Notes under the pieces: model-generated | Database searches by the model: none | The model's input: the letters and a program-made list of their open reading frames with translations, nothing else | Told to the model about the DNA's origin: nothing | Source: Candidatus Woesearchaeota archaeon | GTDB lineage: Archaea; Nanobdellota; Nanobdellia; Woesearchaeales; 21-14-0-10-32-9 | DNA: 64,000 bases | Reading direction: 5' to 3' | Assembly (NCBI GenBank): GCA_021736975.1 | Contig: JAIPET010000002.1 | Coordinates: forward strand, 26,512 to 90,511 | In this document: one piece after another, positions 47,427 through 57,277 of the stretch | How the letters are laid out: the number at the start of each line of letters is the position of its first letter | Numbering within the stretch: position 1 is the first letter of the stretch | Program-made: the position numbers and the translations under genes

Positions 47427-47861
47427 TCATTCCCTATTTTTTGTAAGTTCAGAACTAGACTGTGCTTTTTCTCCACCAACATTGAAAACCATTTCAATAT
47501 TAAGTTTATCGCAAAGCTGATATTCCGGAATATTATCAGCTTTCCTATCGCCTCCATTAGCAAAGATTAAATGATCGTTCAGATACTTGTTTTTTATAAG
47601 TTTTAACTCATTACAAACACTTTTGTCATCGTCATTCTCTTTATGAGACGTAATGATTACTTCATCCAAGAAACGAATGGATTCAAGAATTTCCTTTCTT
47701 TCAAGCTCATCCATGAAAACAAAATCTTTTTTGGCTTTTAACCAATTATTATTGTTTAAGATACAGATTGTCTTGTCAGCCAAAGCCTTTGCCGCAGCAA
47801 ACATTCTAATATGGCCTTTGTGGACTGGATCAAAACCCCCTGAAATGATTGATATTTTCAT
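47427..47861 (-). CDS. Cytidylyltransferase-family nucleotidyltransferase (TagD / RfaE-domain-II-like)
   Basis: HxGH motif SGGFDPVHKGH, then ERKEILESIRFLDEVI and ANGGDR, paralleling TagD (TYGTFDLLHWGH, RKLILETIRYVDEVI, MGDDW). Confidence 0.65.
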   Translation of the reverse strand: MKISIISGGFDPVHKGHIRMFAAAKALADKTICILNNNNWLKAKKDFVFMDELERKEILESIRFLDEVIITSHKENDDDKSVCNELKLIKNKYLNDHLIFANGGDRKADNIPEYQLCDKLNIEMVFNVGGEKAQSSSELTKNRE

Positions 47862-47947
47862 TAAGAAAGATCTATGAAAACTTAAATATATAATATTTAT
47901 GGTAATTTAAGAAAATAATATAAATATTTAACCATTCTAAATTTGTT

Positions 47948-48889
47948 ATGAAGATACTTTTGACAGGGGCAGCAGGTTTCATAGGCTTTCACACTACAAA
48001 AAAATTACTTGAAAGAGGAGATGAAGTTATAGGTATTGATAATCTGAACAATTATTATGATAAAAAATTAAAACTTGATCGTTTAACATTATTGAAAAAA
48101 TACAAAAGATTCGAATTTGTTAAAAAAAATATTTCTGAAGGAATACCTTCTATCGACCAAGTTGATGGAATAATAAATTTAGCCGCGCAAGCAGGTGTCC
48201 GATATAGCATTGAAAACCCCTTGGAATATGAAAAAAGTAATAATTTAGGAACGCTGCAAGTCTTTGAATATGCTCGTCATAACAAAATAAAAAACATTGT
48301 TTTTGCAAGTTCAAGTTCAGTTTATGGAAATGTTACAGAATATCCTTTTCATGAAGAAATGAAAATAGATACTCCTATTAGTTTATATGCTGCTACGAAG
48401 AAAAGTAATGAAGAATATGCTTATGTTTACAATCATTTGTACGGAATTAATATGACTGGTTTAAGGTTTTTCACAGTTTATGGTCCATTTGGAAGACCAG
48501 ATATGGCTTTGTTTATTTTTACTAAAAATATTAGCGAAAACAAACCAATTAATGTATTCAATCATGGAAACATGAAACGAGATTTCACATATGTTGACGA
48601 CATAGTTTCAGGAGTTGTATCTGCATTAGACAATATAAATGGATATAATATTTATAATTTAGCTGGTGGAAGATCCGTTGAGTTAAATTATTTTATTAAA
48701 GAAATAGAGAACAATTTAGGGAAAAATGCAATTCGAAATAATCTTGAAATTCAACCAGGAGATGTTCTAAAATCTGATGCTGATATTACTAAAGCAAAAA
48801 ACGAATTAAATTATTCTCCAAAAACAAGCATAGAAGAAGGAATTAAGAATTTTGTAAATTGGTACAAAGATTATTATAGTTTAAAATAA
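47948..48889 (+). CDS. NAD-dependent nucleotide-sugar epimerase/dehydratase (SDR family, UDP-glucuronate 4-epimerase-like)
   Basis: Rossmann motif GAAGFIGFH and catalytic YAATKKSNE (YxxxK). Confidence 0.8.
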   Translation: MKILLTGAAGFIGFHTTKKLLERGDEVIGIDNLNNYYDKKLKLDRLTLLKKYKRFEFVKKNISEGIPSIDQVDGIINLAAQAGVRYSIENPLEYEKSNNLGTLQVFEYARHNKIKNIVFASSSSVYGNVTEYPFHEEMKIDTPISLYAATKKSNEEYAYVYNHLYGINMTGLRFFTVYGPFGRPDMALFIFTKNISENKPINVFNHGNMKRDFTYVDDIVSGVVSALDNINGYNIYNLAGGRSVELNYFIKEIENNLGKNAIRNNLEIQPGDVLKSDADITKAKNELNYSPKTSIEEGIKNFVNWYKDYYSLK

Positions 48890-48900
48890 AATTTCTAAAA

Positions 48901-49083
48901 ATGGCAAATAAAGAAATCATTCATCAAATCTCAAAAGATGTTTTTACATACTTATTTATTGCCTCAATAATATTAAATTTGATTATAATAATAGGTGATT
49001 TAAGACTTTTTATTAGTAAATCTATATTATTTATCACAATAGCTATTGGTCTATTTGGATTAATGAAGGTGTTAACTGAATGA
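48901..49083 (+). CDS. Small two-TM membrane protein (60 aa) whose stop overlaps the downstream GT-C gene
   Basis: Two hydrophobic helices. The TGA overlaps the ATG of the next gene. Confidence 0.35.
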   Translation: MANKEIIHQISKDVFTYLFIASIILNLIIIIGDLRLFISKSILFITIAIGLFGLMKVLTE

Positions 49084-50513
49084 ATAAGAAAACAATTATT
49101 TTGATAGTTCTTTTATTATTATCTCTTTTTATCAGAGGTTATTCTTTAGGTAATGATTCTTTTTGGATAGATGAAAGCTATAAAGTTTTAGCTGCTAAGA
49201 ATATCGACTCATATGGAATTCCTATGTTTGATTCGGGTGTTAAATATATGAGAGCATTCCCACAAAGTTACGCTTTATATTTGATTGGATCTAACTTTGG
49301 TTTTAATGAAATTGCTATGAGAATACTATCAGTTGTTATTGGCGCAATTTTAATTTACGTTATGTTTTTACTGGGTAAAAATCTTATTAATGAAAATGTT
49401 GGATTATTTACTGCTTTTCTCGGCACATTTTCCTACTTTTTAATAGCTTGGAGCAGACAGGCTAGAATGTATATTTTTGTGTTATTATTTTTTTATTTAA
49501 CGTTATTATTTTATTTCAAATTTTATGATGAAAGTAAATTAAAAGAATTGCTTATTTCTTTGATTTGTATTTTTATTGGAGGATTGTTTCATCCTGTAGT
49601 ATTTTGTTTAGTTGTTTTATTACCTTTGCATTATTTATTATTTAACCTATGGGATTTTCAATCAAAAGCTGAATTTCTTTTCAAAAAAATAAAAGTACAT
49701 AAAGGGTTATTTTTATTAATAATAGGAATATTATCCATCCTTATATTTTATGCTCTTAATGCTTTGAATAGTTTTAATTCGGTGAATTATTATTTTGATT
49801 ACTGGAAATTTATTTTTAGCACATACATATTTATTTTGCCATTTATTATTGCAGGAATTTTTTATTATAAGAAAAGTTTTTCAAAAAACATCCTGTTTTT
49901 AGCAATCATTATTGTTGTATTCGTTGTATTTAGTTTCTATATTGATTTACAAAATTTCAGATATTTAATCGTTTTATTGCCTTTGATTTTACTATTGACA
50001 GGACAAGGAATTTATTATTTGTTTGAATTAATTAAAGACAAGTATTTAAAAATATTTTATTTGTTAATTATTTTATTTTTGTTGTTTAATTCTTCATTCG
50101 TTTTTATTCCTCAAAAAAGTTATGCTTTAGAACATGGCACTCCTCAACCTCCATTTCGTGAAGCTTATTCATTTGTTTCAGAAGAATATTCGAATATGAC
50201 TTTGATTGTTGCAGAGCCTGCTGTTTCTGAACTTTATTTTAAAAAAGGTGATTTTTGGATAGCTGTAGGATATGATAATAAAGGAATTTATAGTTATGGT
50301 TTTAACACTAAATCAGGAAAAGAAACTTATACGAATATTACTGCTATTGTTAATGTTTCTATGATGCCTAGTTCTGGAATTATTGTAATAGATGATTTTG
50401 GACTTGATAGGACAACTGGTCCTTTGAAAGAATTTGTTTTAGATCAGGATTTAGTTAAATCATTTGGAGATAGGTTTTGGAATACTGTTTATATTTATGA
50501 GATTTTAGATTAA
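49080..50513 (+). CDS. GT-C fold membrane glycosyltransferase (ArnT/PMT-like, GT39/GT83 family)
   Basis: About 11 TM helices. The N-terminal loop has the DE motif (FWIDESY) that characterises PMT_2/ArnT-type transferases. Confidence 0.6.
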   Translation: MNKKTIILIVLLLLSLFIRGYSLGNDSFWIDESYKVLAAKNIDSYGIPMFDSGVKYMRAFPQSYALYLIGSNFGFNEIAMRILSVVIGAILIYVMFLLGKNLINENVGLFTAFLGTFSYFLIAWSRQARMYIFVLLFFYLTLLFYFKFYDESKLKELLISLICIFIGGLFHPVVFCLVVLLPLHYLLFNLWDFQSKAEFLFKKIKVHKGLFLLIIGILSILIFYALNALNSFNSVNYYFDYWKFIFSTYIFILPFIIAGIFYYKKSFSKNILFLAIIIVVFVVFSFYIDLQNFRYLIVLLPLILLLTGQGIYYLFELIKDKYLKIFYLLIILFLLFNSSFVFIPQKSYALEHGTPQPPFREAYSFVSEEYSNMTLIVAEPAVSELYFKKGDFWIAVGYDNKGIYSYGFNTKSGKETYTNITAIVNVSMMPSSGIIVIDDFGLDRTTGPLKEFVLDQDLVKSFGDRFWNTVYIYEILD

Positions 50514-50540
50514 TTTTTTTAAAATTTAATTAATAAAAAA

Positions 50541-50840
50541 TTATTTTTTATATGCATAATCTCTATGAGTTATTTCTATAAAGATTATTTTGTTATTAAT
50601 AATATCTACTTCAAAAAGCAATATGAAATTTGAAGTTAAGTGTATTCTTTTACAATTATTTAATGGCGCTTTTAAGTTTTTATACGTATTGATTGATTCT
50701 TTGTCTTTGTTTATTATTTCAATTAATTTTTTTTTAAAATTAATTGCTAAGGATTTGTCTTTTTTAGAGAGTACTTTAAGTTTTTTTCTTAAAGAATCTG
50801 TTAAATCATATTTGAACATTTTATAACTCAAGAAGTTCAT
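50541..50840 (-). CDS. RelE/ParE-family type II toxin
   Basis: The C-terminal RIHLTSNFILLFEVD...IIFIEITHRDYAYK fits the RelE/ParE conserved core. Its 5' end overlaps the antitoxin by 20 nt. Confidence 0.6.
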   Translation of the reverse strand: MNFLSYKMFKYDLTDSLRKKLKVLSKKDKSLAINFKKKLIEIINKDKESINTYKNLKAPLNNCKRIHLTSNFILLFEVDIINNKIIFIEITHRDYAYKK

Positions 50841-51090
50841 TTAATTCTTTTTCACTCATAGTTCTATTTGGATATTTTTTCTTATGTTTTTTTAATATGT
50901 TATCTAGTTCTATAAGTAATTCTTCATTTATCTCTGGAGCGACTAAATCTTGTCCTCTTTCTTCTATAAATTTATTTAGTGCTTCTTCTCTGTTTTTTAA
51001 TCCGTTTTTTCCTTTAAAAACATCCAGCACTCTTGTTGAGTAATCTGTTAATTCAAATCTTGCTTGTGTCAATAAATCACCTTTAGTCAC
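50821..51090 (-). CDS. RHH-type antitoxin (RelB/ParD-like), with a GTG start
   Basis: ARFELTDYSTRVLDVFKGKNGLKNREEALNKFIEE shows a strand plus two-helix pattern. It sits immediately upstream of, and overlapping, the toxin. Confidence 0.5.
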   Translation of the reverse strand: MTKGDLLTQARFELTDYSTRVLDVFKGKNGLKNREEALNKFIEERGQDLVAPEINEELLIELDNILKKHKKKYPNRTMSEKELNELLEL

Positions 51091-51148
51091 AAATAATCAC
51101 CTTTTATTTTTATATTTTATTAATTTTAAGATGTTTTAATAAGATTCG

Positions 51149-51254
51149 GTCAACACTTGCCCTGTGCTTAAAAAGAAGAATTGTTGGAAGTGCTGAAAGT
51201 GTTAAATTTAATTGAATTAGAGCTTTTCGAAATAATTACGAATTGACTTGTGAT
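51149..51254 (-). promoter_or_regulatory. Promoter module C upstream of the RHH antitoxin, with the half-degenerate palindrome GTCAACACTTGCC; divergent from the GT2 gene
   Basis: It shares the operator core and the distal TTCGAAA..TAC..ATTG..TTGT segment with modules A and B. Confidence 0.45.
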
Positions 51255-51309
51255 TTTGTTTAAAATTTTTGAAACATTTTATATATTAAAAACCACTCTT
51301 CACTATAAA

Positions 51310-52236
51310 ATGGTAAAGTTTTCAGTGGTGGTGCCTGTTTATAATGAAGTTTGGAATTTAGAAAAGTTTCATTCAGAACTCATCTCTGTCATTTCAAAAA
51401 TGGGTACTTACGAAGTAATTTATGTAAACGACGGTTCAAATGATGATTCTTTAAATATTCTTAAAAAATTAAAAAAAGCCAAAGTTTTAGATTTACAAAG
51501 AAATTATGGACAAAGCACTGCACTAGATTGTGGATTTAAGGAAAGTACTGGTGATTTTGTCATATCAATGGATGGTGATTTACAAAATGATCCACATGAT
51601 ATTCCTCGGCTTTATGCTAAGTTAATTGATAAAAATCTTGATGTTGTAGCTGGATGGAGAGTTAAAAGAAAAGATTCCTTTTCAGTTAGAACTATGACAA
51701 AAATTGCTCGGTTTATACGAAGGTTACTTGTTTCAGACGTTGTGCACGACCAAGGATGCACTCTTAGAGTATATAGAAGCAGAGCTATTAAATCACTCGA
51801 ATTATGGGGAGAAATGCATAGATACATAATTTCTTTATTAAAATGGAAAGGATTTAAGATAGGAGAACTAAAAGTAAAACACAGACCAAGATACAAAGGA
51901 ACAACCAAGTATACAGGCATAAAATTGATTAATGGATTTACAGATTTGATTCTAATCTGGTTTTTACAAAAATATTCACGAAGACCCTTGCACATTTTTG
52001 GAGGATTAGCATTTTTAAGCTTTGGAGCGGGAGTTCTTTTAGAACTAATAATGATATATCTAAAACTAACAAGCCAAATAGATCTTTCAGATAATGCCTT
52101 ATTCACAGGCGGAATCTTTTTAATAATGATGAGCGTTCTCTTCTTCGTATCAGGCATACTCGTAGATATGCAAATGAGAATATACTACAACACAAGCAGG
52201 AACGATAAAAGATACATTTATCAGAAAATAAAATGA
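51310..52236 (+). CDS. GT2 glycosyltransferase, dolichol-phosphate mannose/glucose synthase-like, with C-terminal TM helices
   Basis: VVVPVYNE, DGDLQNDP (DxD) and two C-terminal TM helices. Start taken at MVKFSVVV. Confidence 0.75.
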   Translation: MVKFSVVVPVYNEVWNLEKFHSELISVISKMGTYEVIYVNDGSNDDSLNILKKLKKAKVLDLQRNYGQSTALDCGFKESTGDFVISMDGDLQNDPHDIPRLYAKLIDKNLDVVAGWRVKRKDSFSVRTMTKIARFIRRLLVSDVVHDQGCTLRVYRSRAIKSLELWGEMHRYIISLLKWKGFKIGELKVKHRPRYKGTTKYTGIKLINGFTDLILIWFLQKYSRRPLHIFGGLAFLSFGAGVLLELIMIYLKLTSQIDLSDNALFTGGIFLIMMSVLFFVSGILVDMQMRIYYNTSRNDKRYIYQKIK

Positions 52237-53336
52237 AGATTCTAATGCTAAACTATGAATTTCCGCCTCTTGGAGGCGGAGCTGCAAACGCGAATTATTA
52301 TTTACTAAAAGAATTTGCAAAAGATAAAAACATAAAGATAGACTTGATAACGAGTTCACCAGGAAAGTTTAAAGTAGAACAATTCTCTGATAACATAAGA
52401 ATATTCAAACTCGATGTGAATAAAAAAGAAAAACATTATTGGAAAATGAAAGAGATTTTAAAATGGTTTTTGAAAGCTAATAAATTAAGCAAAAAACTTA
52501 TTAGAAAATATGATTATGATTTATGTCATTGCTGGTTTGGATGGCCTTCCGGAATAATAGGGTATCTTAATAGAAGAAAATTACATTATATTATTGCCTT
52601 GCGAGGTAGCGATGTTCCAGGACACAATAAAAAATTCAAATATTTAGATCCTTTATTGTTTAAACCCATATCAAAAATAGTATGGACCAAAGCAAAAATA
52701 ATCATTGCCAATTCTGAAGGACTAAAAAAACTTGCTCTTAAAACTTTGAAAAGAAGAATAAATATAGTATATAATGGTGTTGACACAATAAAATTTAGAC
52801 CTGCAAAAAATAAAAAAAATAAAAAAACAACAAATCTTGTATCTACAGGAAGATTAAATAAAATAAAAGGATATAATTTTTTAATTAATGCAATGAAAGG
52901 CATTAAAAATATTGATTTGACAATTATCGGAAACGGTCCAGAAAAAAAAAGATTAGAATTGCAAGCTTGTAAGCTAAATGTAAAAGTCAAATTCTTGGGA
53001 GAAAGAACTAATGATGAAATTGCAAATCTACTTCCAAAACATGATATTTTTATACTTACAAGTCAAAATGAAGGCATGAGCAATTCCACTTTAGAAGCCA
53101 TGGCTTGTGGATTACCAATAATTACAACTAAGGTCGGAGGAAGCAAAGAATTAATAAAACAAAACGGATATTTAGTTGAAACAAAGAATGTTAAATCCAT
53201 ACACTATGCAATCAAAAAAATACTAAAAAAAGATATAAAAAAATTGGGTTTTGTTTCAGCAAAATTAGCAAAAACATTTTCTTGGAAAAATATTTGCAAA
53301 GAATATATAGAGATTTACAAAAATGTGCGGAATTAA
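52233..53336 (+). CDS. GT4 (group 1) glycosyltransferase
   Basis: EGMSNSTLEAMACGLPIITTKVGG matches the GT4 E-x7-E region. Confidence 0.75.
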   Translation: MKILMLNYEFPPLGGGAANANYYLLKEFAKDKNIKIDLITSSPGKFKVEQFSDNIRIFKLDVNKKEKHYWKMKEILKWFLKANKLSKKLIRKYDYDLCHCWFGWPSGIIGYLNRRKLHYIIALRGSDVPGHNKKFKYLDPLLFKPISKIVWTKAKIIIANSEGLKKLALKTLKRRINIVYNGVDTIKFRPAKNKKNKKTTNLVSTGRLNKIKGYNFLINAMKGIKNIDLTIIGNGPEKKRLELQACKLNVKVKFLGERTNDEIANLLPKHDIFILTSQNEGMSNSTLEAMACGLPIITTKVGGSKELIKQNGYLVETKNVKSIHYAIKKILKKDIKKLGFVSAKLAKTFSWKNICKEYIEIYKNVRN

Positions 53337-55128
53337 TGGATTTAATTGGACTAATGAAGAGAAAATAAAAAATATGAATTTATTACTCAAACATAGAGGA
53401 CCAGATAATTCTGATAAGTATATTGATAAAAGTGTATCTTTAGGACATACTAGACTAGCAATACTTGATTTACAAAAAAGATCAAATCAACCTATGAAAT
53501 ACAAACACTTTGTCGTGATATTTAATGGAGAAATATATAATTTTATAGAAATAAAGAATATTTTGATACAAAAAGGACATAAATTTAACACATCATCAGA
53601 TACAGAGATAATTTTACACGCATATGAAGAATGGGGAGAAAACTGCGTTAAAAATTTCAATGGTATGTGGTCCTTTTGCATATACGATAATAAAAAACAA
53701 ATACTATTTTTATCAAGAGATCGATTCGGTATAAAACCACTATACTATTATCATAATAAAAACAAATTCATTTTTTCTTCAGAAATAAAATCTATAAGAA
53801 TACACGAAATCGACAACAAATTGTCAGATAAAGGTTTAAATTTTTATTTTTATCAAAAATATATTGGGGATGATTTTACAATATTTGAAAACATTCATAA
53901 GCTCAAACCAGGAAATAATTTGATATATTATTTAAAAAAAGACAAACACCACATTTATTCATATTATTCGATTGAAAAAGAATTAAACAGTCAAAAAACT
54001 AAAAATATACTTAAAAAAATAAAAAAAAGTACAAAGCTGAGACTAATATCAGATGTGCCAATAGGATGTTTTTTGTCAGGAGGATTAGATTCATCTTTAA
54101 TAACTGCAATATCAAAAAAAATCCAAAACAAAATAAATTCATTTTCCATTTCATTTAAAGAAAAATCTTATGATGAATCAAAGTATTCAGATATTGTTTC
54201 TAAATATTTAAAAACTAAACACCATAAGGAATCTGCAAATTTTCAAATGTCAGAAATATTGTATTTAATAGAAAACATGGATGAACCATTTGGAGATTCA
54301 TCACTAATTCCAACATTTAATTTGTGTAAATCCACACGCAAACATGTAACAGTAGCACTTTCTGGAGATGGAGCGGATGAAATATTCGGCGGATATGATG
54401 TTTATTATGGTTATAAAATAAACAAAATATTTCCAAAAATTCTAAAAAATATTTTATCAAGATTTATTAATTTAATTCCTCCAAGCAAATATAAACTTTC
54501 AATTGATTTTAAGCTAAAAAAATTTTTTTCTAGTAAATCTAACAACCCACTAATTAACCATTTAGACTGGCTTTCAACGTTTAATGATTTAGAACGCAAA
54601 AATCTTTTAAAATCTAATTATAAAAATAAATTCTCATTTATTAAAATTCCAAGACGAAAAGATTTTTTAGGTGTGCAAATACTAGATATTAATAATTATT
54701 TAACAGAAGATATTTTGAAAAAAGTAGATTATGCTTCTATGTTAAATTCACTTGAAGTAAGAGTCCCATTCTTGGATCATAATGTTGTAGAAGCAGCATT
54801 ATCTTTACAAGAAAATAATAAAATTAGCATAATTAATACAAAAATACATCTAAAAAAATTGGCAAAGAAAATTTTACCTAAAAAAATAATAAACAGAAAA
54901 AAAAGAGGATTTACTGTTCCAATAAGTTCAATAATATTAAAAAATAAAGAAATAAAGAAAATTATTCTTTCTGAAGAATTTAATAAACACAACATACTTA
55001 ACATAACATATGTTAATAAACTATACAAAGAACACATTAATAATAAATTTGATCATTCAAGGAAATTGTGGTTAATATTTATATTCAATTACTGGTATAT
55101 AAAAAATGGAATTGGAAAAAAAAATTAA
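53323..55128 (+). CDS. asnB: Asparagine synthase (glutamine-hydrolysing) family amidotransferase
   Basis: N-terminal MCGINGF with the catalytic Cys2, and the PP-loop SGGLDSS. Confidence 0.8.
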   Translation: MCGINGFNWTNEEKIKNMNLLLKHRGPDNSDKYIDKSVSLGHTRLAILDLQKRSNQPMKYKHFVVIFNGEIYNFIEIKNILIQKGHKFNTSSDTEIILHAYEEWGENCVKNFNGMWSFCIYDNKKQILFLSRDRFGIKPLYYYHNKNKFIFSSEIKSIRIHEIDNKLSDKGLNFYFYQKYIGDDFTIFENIHKLKPGNNLIYYLKKDKHHIYSYYSIEKELNSQKTKNILKKIKKSTKLRLISDVPIGCFLSGGLDSSLITAISKKIQNKINSFSISFKEKSYDESKYSDIVSKYLKTKHHKESANFQMSEILYLIENMDEPFGDSSLIPTFNLCKSTRKHVTVALSGDGADEIFGGYDVYYGYKINKIFPKILKNILSRFINLIPPSKYKLSIDFKLKKFFSSKSNNPLINHLDWLSTFNDLERKNLLKSNYKNKFSFIKIPRRKDFLGVQILDINNYLTEDILKKVDYASMLNSLEVRVPFLDHNVVEAALSLQENNKISIINTKIHLKKLAKKILPKKIINRKKRGFTVPISSIILKNKEIKKIILSEEFNKHNILNITYVNKLYKEHINNKFDHSRKLWLIFIFNYWYIKNGIGKKN

Positions 55129-56176
55129 TATATTGCACATCATAGATAGCATGGGCTTAGGTGGAGCTCAAAGAGTATTGCAAGGCATTATGAAAATAAA
55201 GCAGCAAAATATTAAAATGATATCAGTTGCATTAAGAAAATCAAAAAAGATGATGAATCATAAACAAATTCATATACTTAATTCACATTCTAAGTACAGC
55301 ACACATTCTTTATTTGTTCTAAAAAAAATCATTAAAAAAAATAAAATAGACATACTCCATTGTCATTTATTTAGATCCCAAATAAATGGATTCATATTAA
55401 AAACATTTTTTTATCCGAAAATACAATTAATATTTCATGAACATGGCCAAATTAATGGTTCAGATAAAAATAATACTATAGAAAACATATTATTCAAAAC
55501 ATTCATATCAATTTCAAAAAATAAAGTAAATAAATATGTAGCTGTCTCAAATTACATAAAGAATAAATTAATAAAAGAAAACATACAACATAATAAGATA
55601 CACACATTAGATAATTTTTATATTAAGTCTAAAAATTTCAAAATTAATAAATTAGTGCACAAAAGAAACACAATAGGCTATATTGGAAGATTATCTAAAA
55701 TTAAAAGAGTGGAATTGCTAATAAAAAGCATAAAAAACACTGAAAATAAATTACTAATCGCTGGAGAAGGTCCTGAAACAATTAATTTGAAAAGATTAAC
55801 AAAAAAACTAAAACTTGAAAATCAAGTAAAATTTTTGGGCTACACAGAAAACATAGATGAATTTTACAACAAATGCAACATCATAGTTATTCCAAGCAAA
55901 TCCGAAGCGAGCCCTATAGTTTTATTCGAAGCATGGTCTAGAGGAATACCTGTTATTGTATCCAACATAAAACAATTATCAGAATATTGTATTGACAATA
56001 AGAATGTACTACTATTTAATAATTCTAAAGATTTATGTCAAAAAATAACACATTTGATGACAAATAACGACATATATCTGAAACTATCAACTTTTGGAAT
56101 AAAAGAATCTAAAAAATACGATCTAAAAAATTATGCTAAAAAATTAATAGAGGTTTATACTAATGAAAAAAATTAA
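55106..56176 (+). CDS. GT4 (group 1) glycosyltransferase
   Basis: EASPIVLFEAWSRGIPVIVSN motif. Confidence 0.7.
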   Translation: MELEKKINILHIIDSMGLGGAQRVLQGIMKIKQQNIKMISVALRKSKKMMNHKQIHILNSHSKYSTHSLFVLKKIIKKNKIDILHCHLFRSQINGFILKTFFYPKIQLIFHEHGQINGSDKNNTIENILFKTFISISKNKVNKYVAVSNYIKNKLIKENIQHNKIHTLDNFYIKSKNFKINKLVHKRNTIGYIGRLSKIKRVELLIKSIKNTENKLLIAGEGPETINLKRLTKKLKLENQVKFLGYTENIDEFYNKCNIIVIPSKSEASPIVLFEAWSRGIPVIVSNIKQLSEYCIDNKNVLLFNNSKDLCQKITHLMTNNDIYLKLSTFGIKESKKYDLKNYAKKLIEVYTNEKN

Positions 56177-57275
56177 AGTGTGTATGATTTCAACAGCAGC
56201 ATACCCCTTGTTTAATAAAAAATGCCTCGCTAAACATGGCGGAGCAGAAATTCAAATGTATTTATACGCAAAAGAACTAGAAAAAGATAACCACTTAGAT
56301 ATTTCATTCATAGTTGGTAATTATAATCAGAAAAACATTGAAATTATAAATAAAATAAAAATATATAAATCTTTTAATCCTAAAAATAATAGTTCAATAT
56401 TAAAAAAATTAAAATGGATTCTTGGATATTTCAAATTGTTAAAAAAAATAAATCCGGATATTGTATTTACAACAACAGCAGGAGGACTAGTTGGGATTGT
56501 CAGCATATATTGCAAAATTTTTAAAAAATCACACTTACACAGAACAGCACATAAGATGGATGTTGATAAATCCTATGTAAAAAAATACGGATTTAAAGGA
56601 AGATTATATGAATTTGGTTTAAAAAATGCTGATGTAATAACTGTCCAAACTAATGAACTAAAAACAATATTTTTAAAAAATTATAAAAAACATGCAGTTA
56701 TAATAAAAAACCTGTGGAAAATAAAAAATTTTAAAGAAAAAAAAAGAGAGCATATTTTATGGATAAGTAGATGCGAAAAATGGAAAAGACCAGAGGTGTT
56801 CATAAATCTTGTTTCTAAATTTCCAAGAGAAAAATTTTTAATGATATGCCCAAAAGAACATAATGATGAAAAATATTTTTTTAAAATAAAACAAATTGCA
56901 GAAAGCTATAAAAATTTAACATTTAAAGAACATATTTCCTTTAAAGAAGCAAATAATTATTTTGAACAATCAAAATTATTTATAAACACATCATCTGCGG
57001 AAGGTTTCCCAAACACCTTCTTGCAGGCATGCAACTTTAAAGTTCCCATAATATCTTTAAAGATAAATCCAGATAAAATACTAGAAAAATTCAAATTAGG
57101 AGTTTCTTGTGACAATAAGTTCATAAATCTCTACAACAGTGTTAAATTATTTATTAAAAATACCAAACATAGAAAAAAAATTCAATCAACACAACATATG
57201 TATCTTAAAAAAAATCATGATGCGAAAAATAACTCAGAATTATTAAGAAAAATAATTTATTTGATGGTAAAATAA
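56163..57275 (+). CDS. GT4-like (group 1) glycosyltransferase
   Basis: EGFPNTFLQACNFKVPIISL motif, 370 aa. Confidence 0.6.
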   Translation: MKKIKVCMISTAAYPLFNKKCLAKHGGAEIQMYLYAKELEKDNHLDISFIVGNYNQKNIEIINKIKIYKSFNPKNNSSILKKLKWILGYFKLLKKINPDIVFTTTAGGLVGIVSIYCKIFKKSHLHRTAHKMDVDKSYVKKYGFKGRLYEFGLKNADVITVQTNELKTIFLKNYKKHAVIIKNLWKIKNFKEKKREHILWISRCEKWKRPEVFINLVSKFPREKFLMICPKEHNDEKYFFKIKQIAESYKNLTFKEHISFKEANNYFEQSKLFINTSSAEGFPNTFLQACNFKVPIISLKINPDKILEKFKLGVSCDNKFINLYNSVKLFIKNTKHRKKIQSTQHMYLKKNHDAKNNSELLRKIIYLMVK

Positions 57276-57277
57276 AA

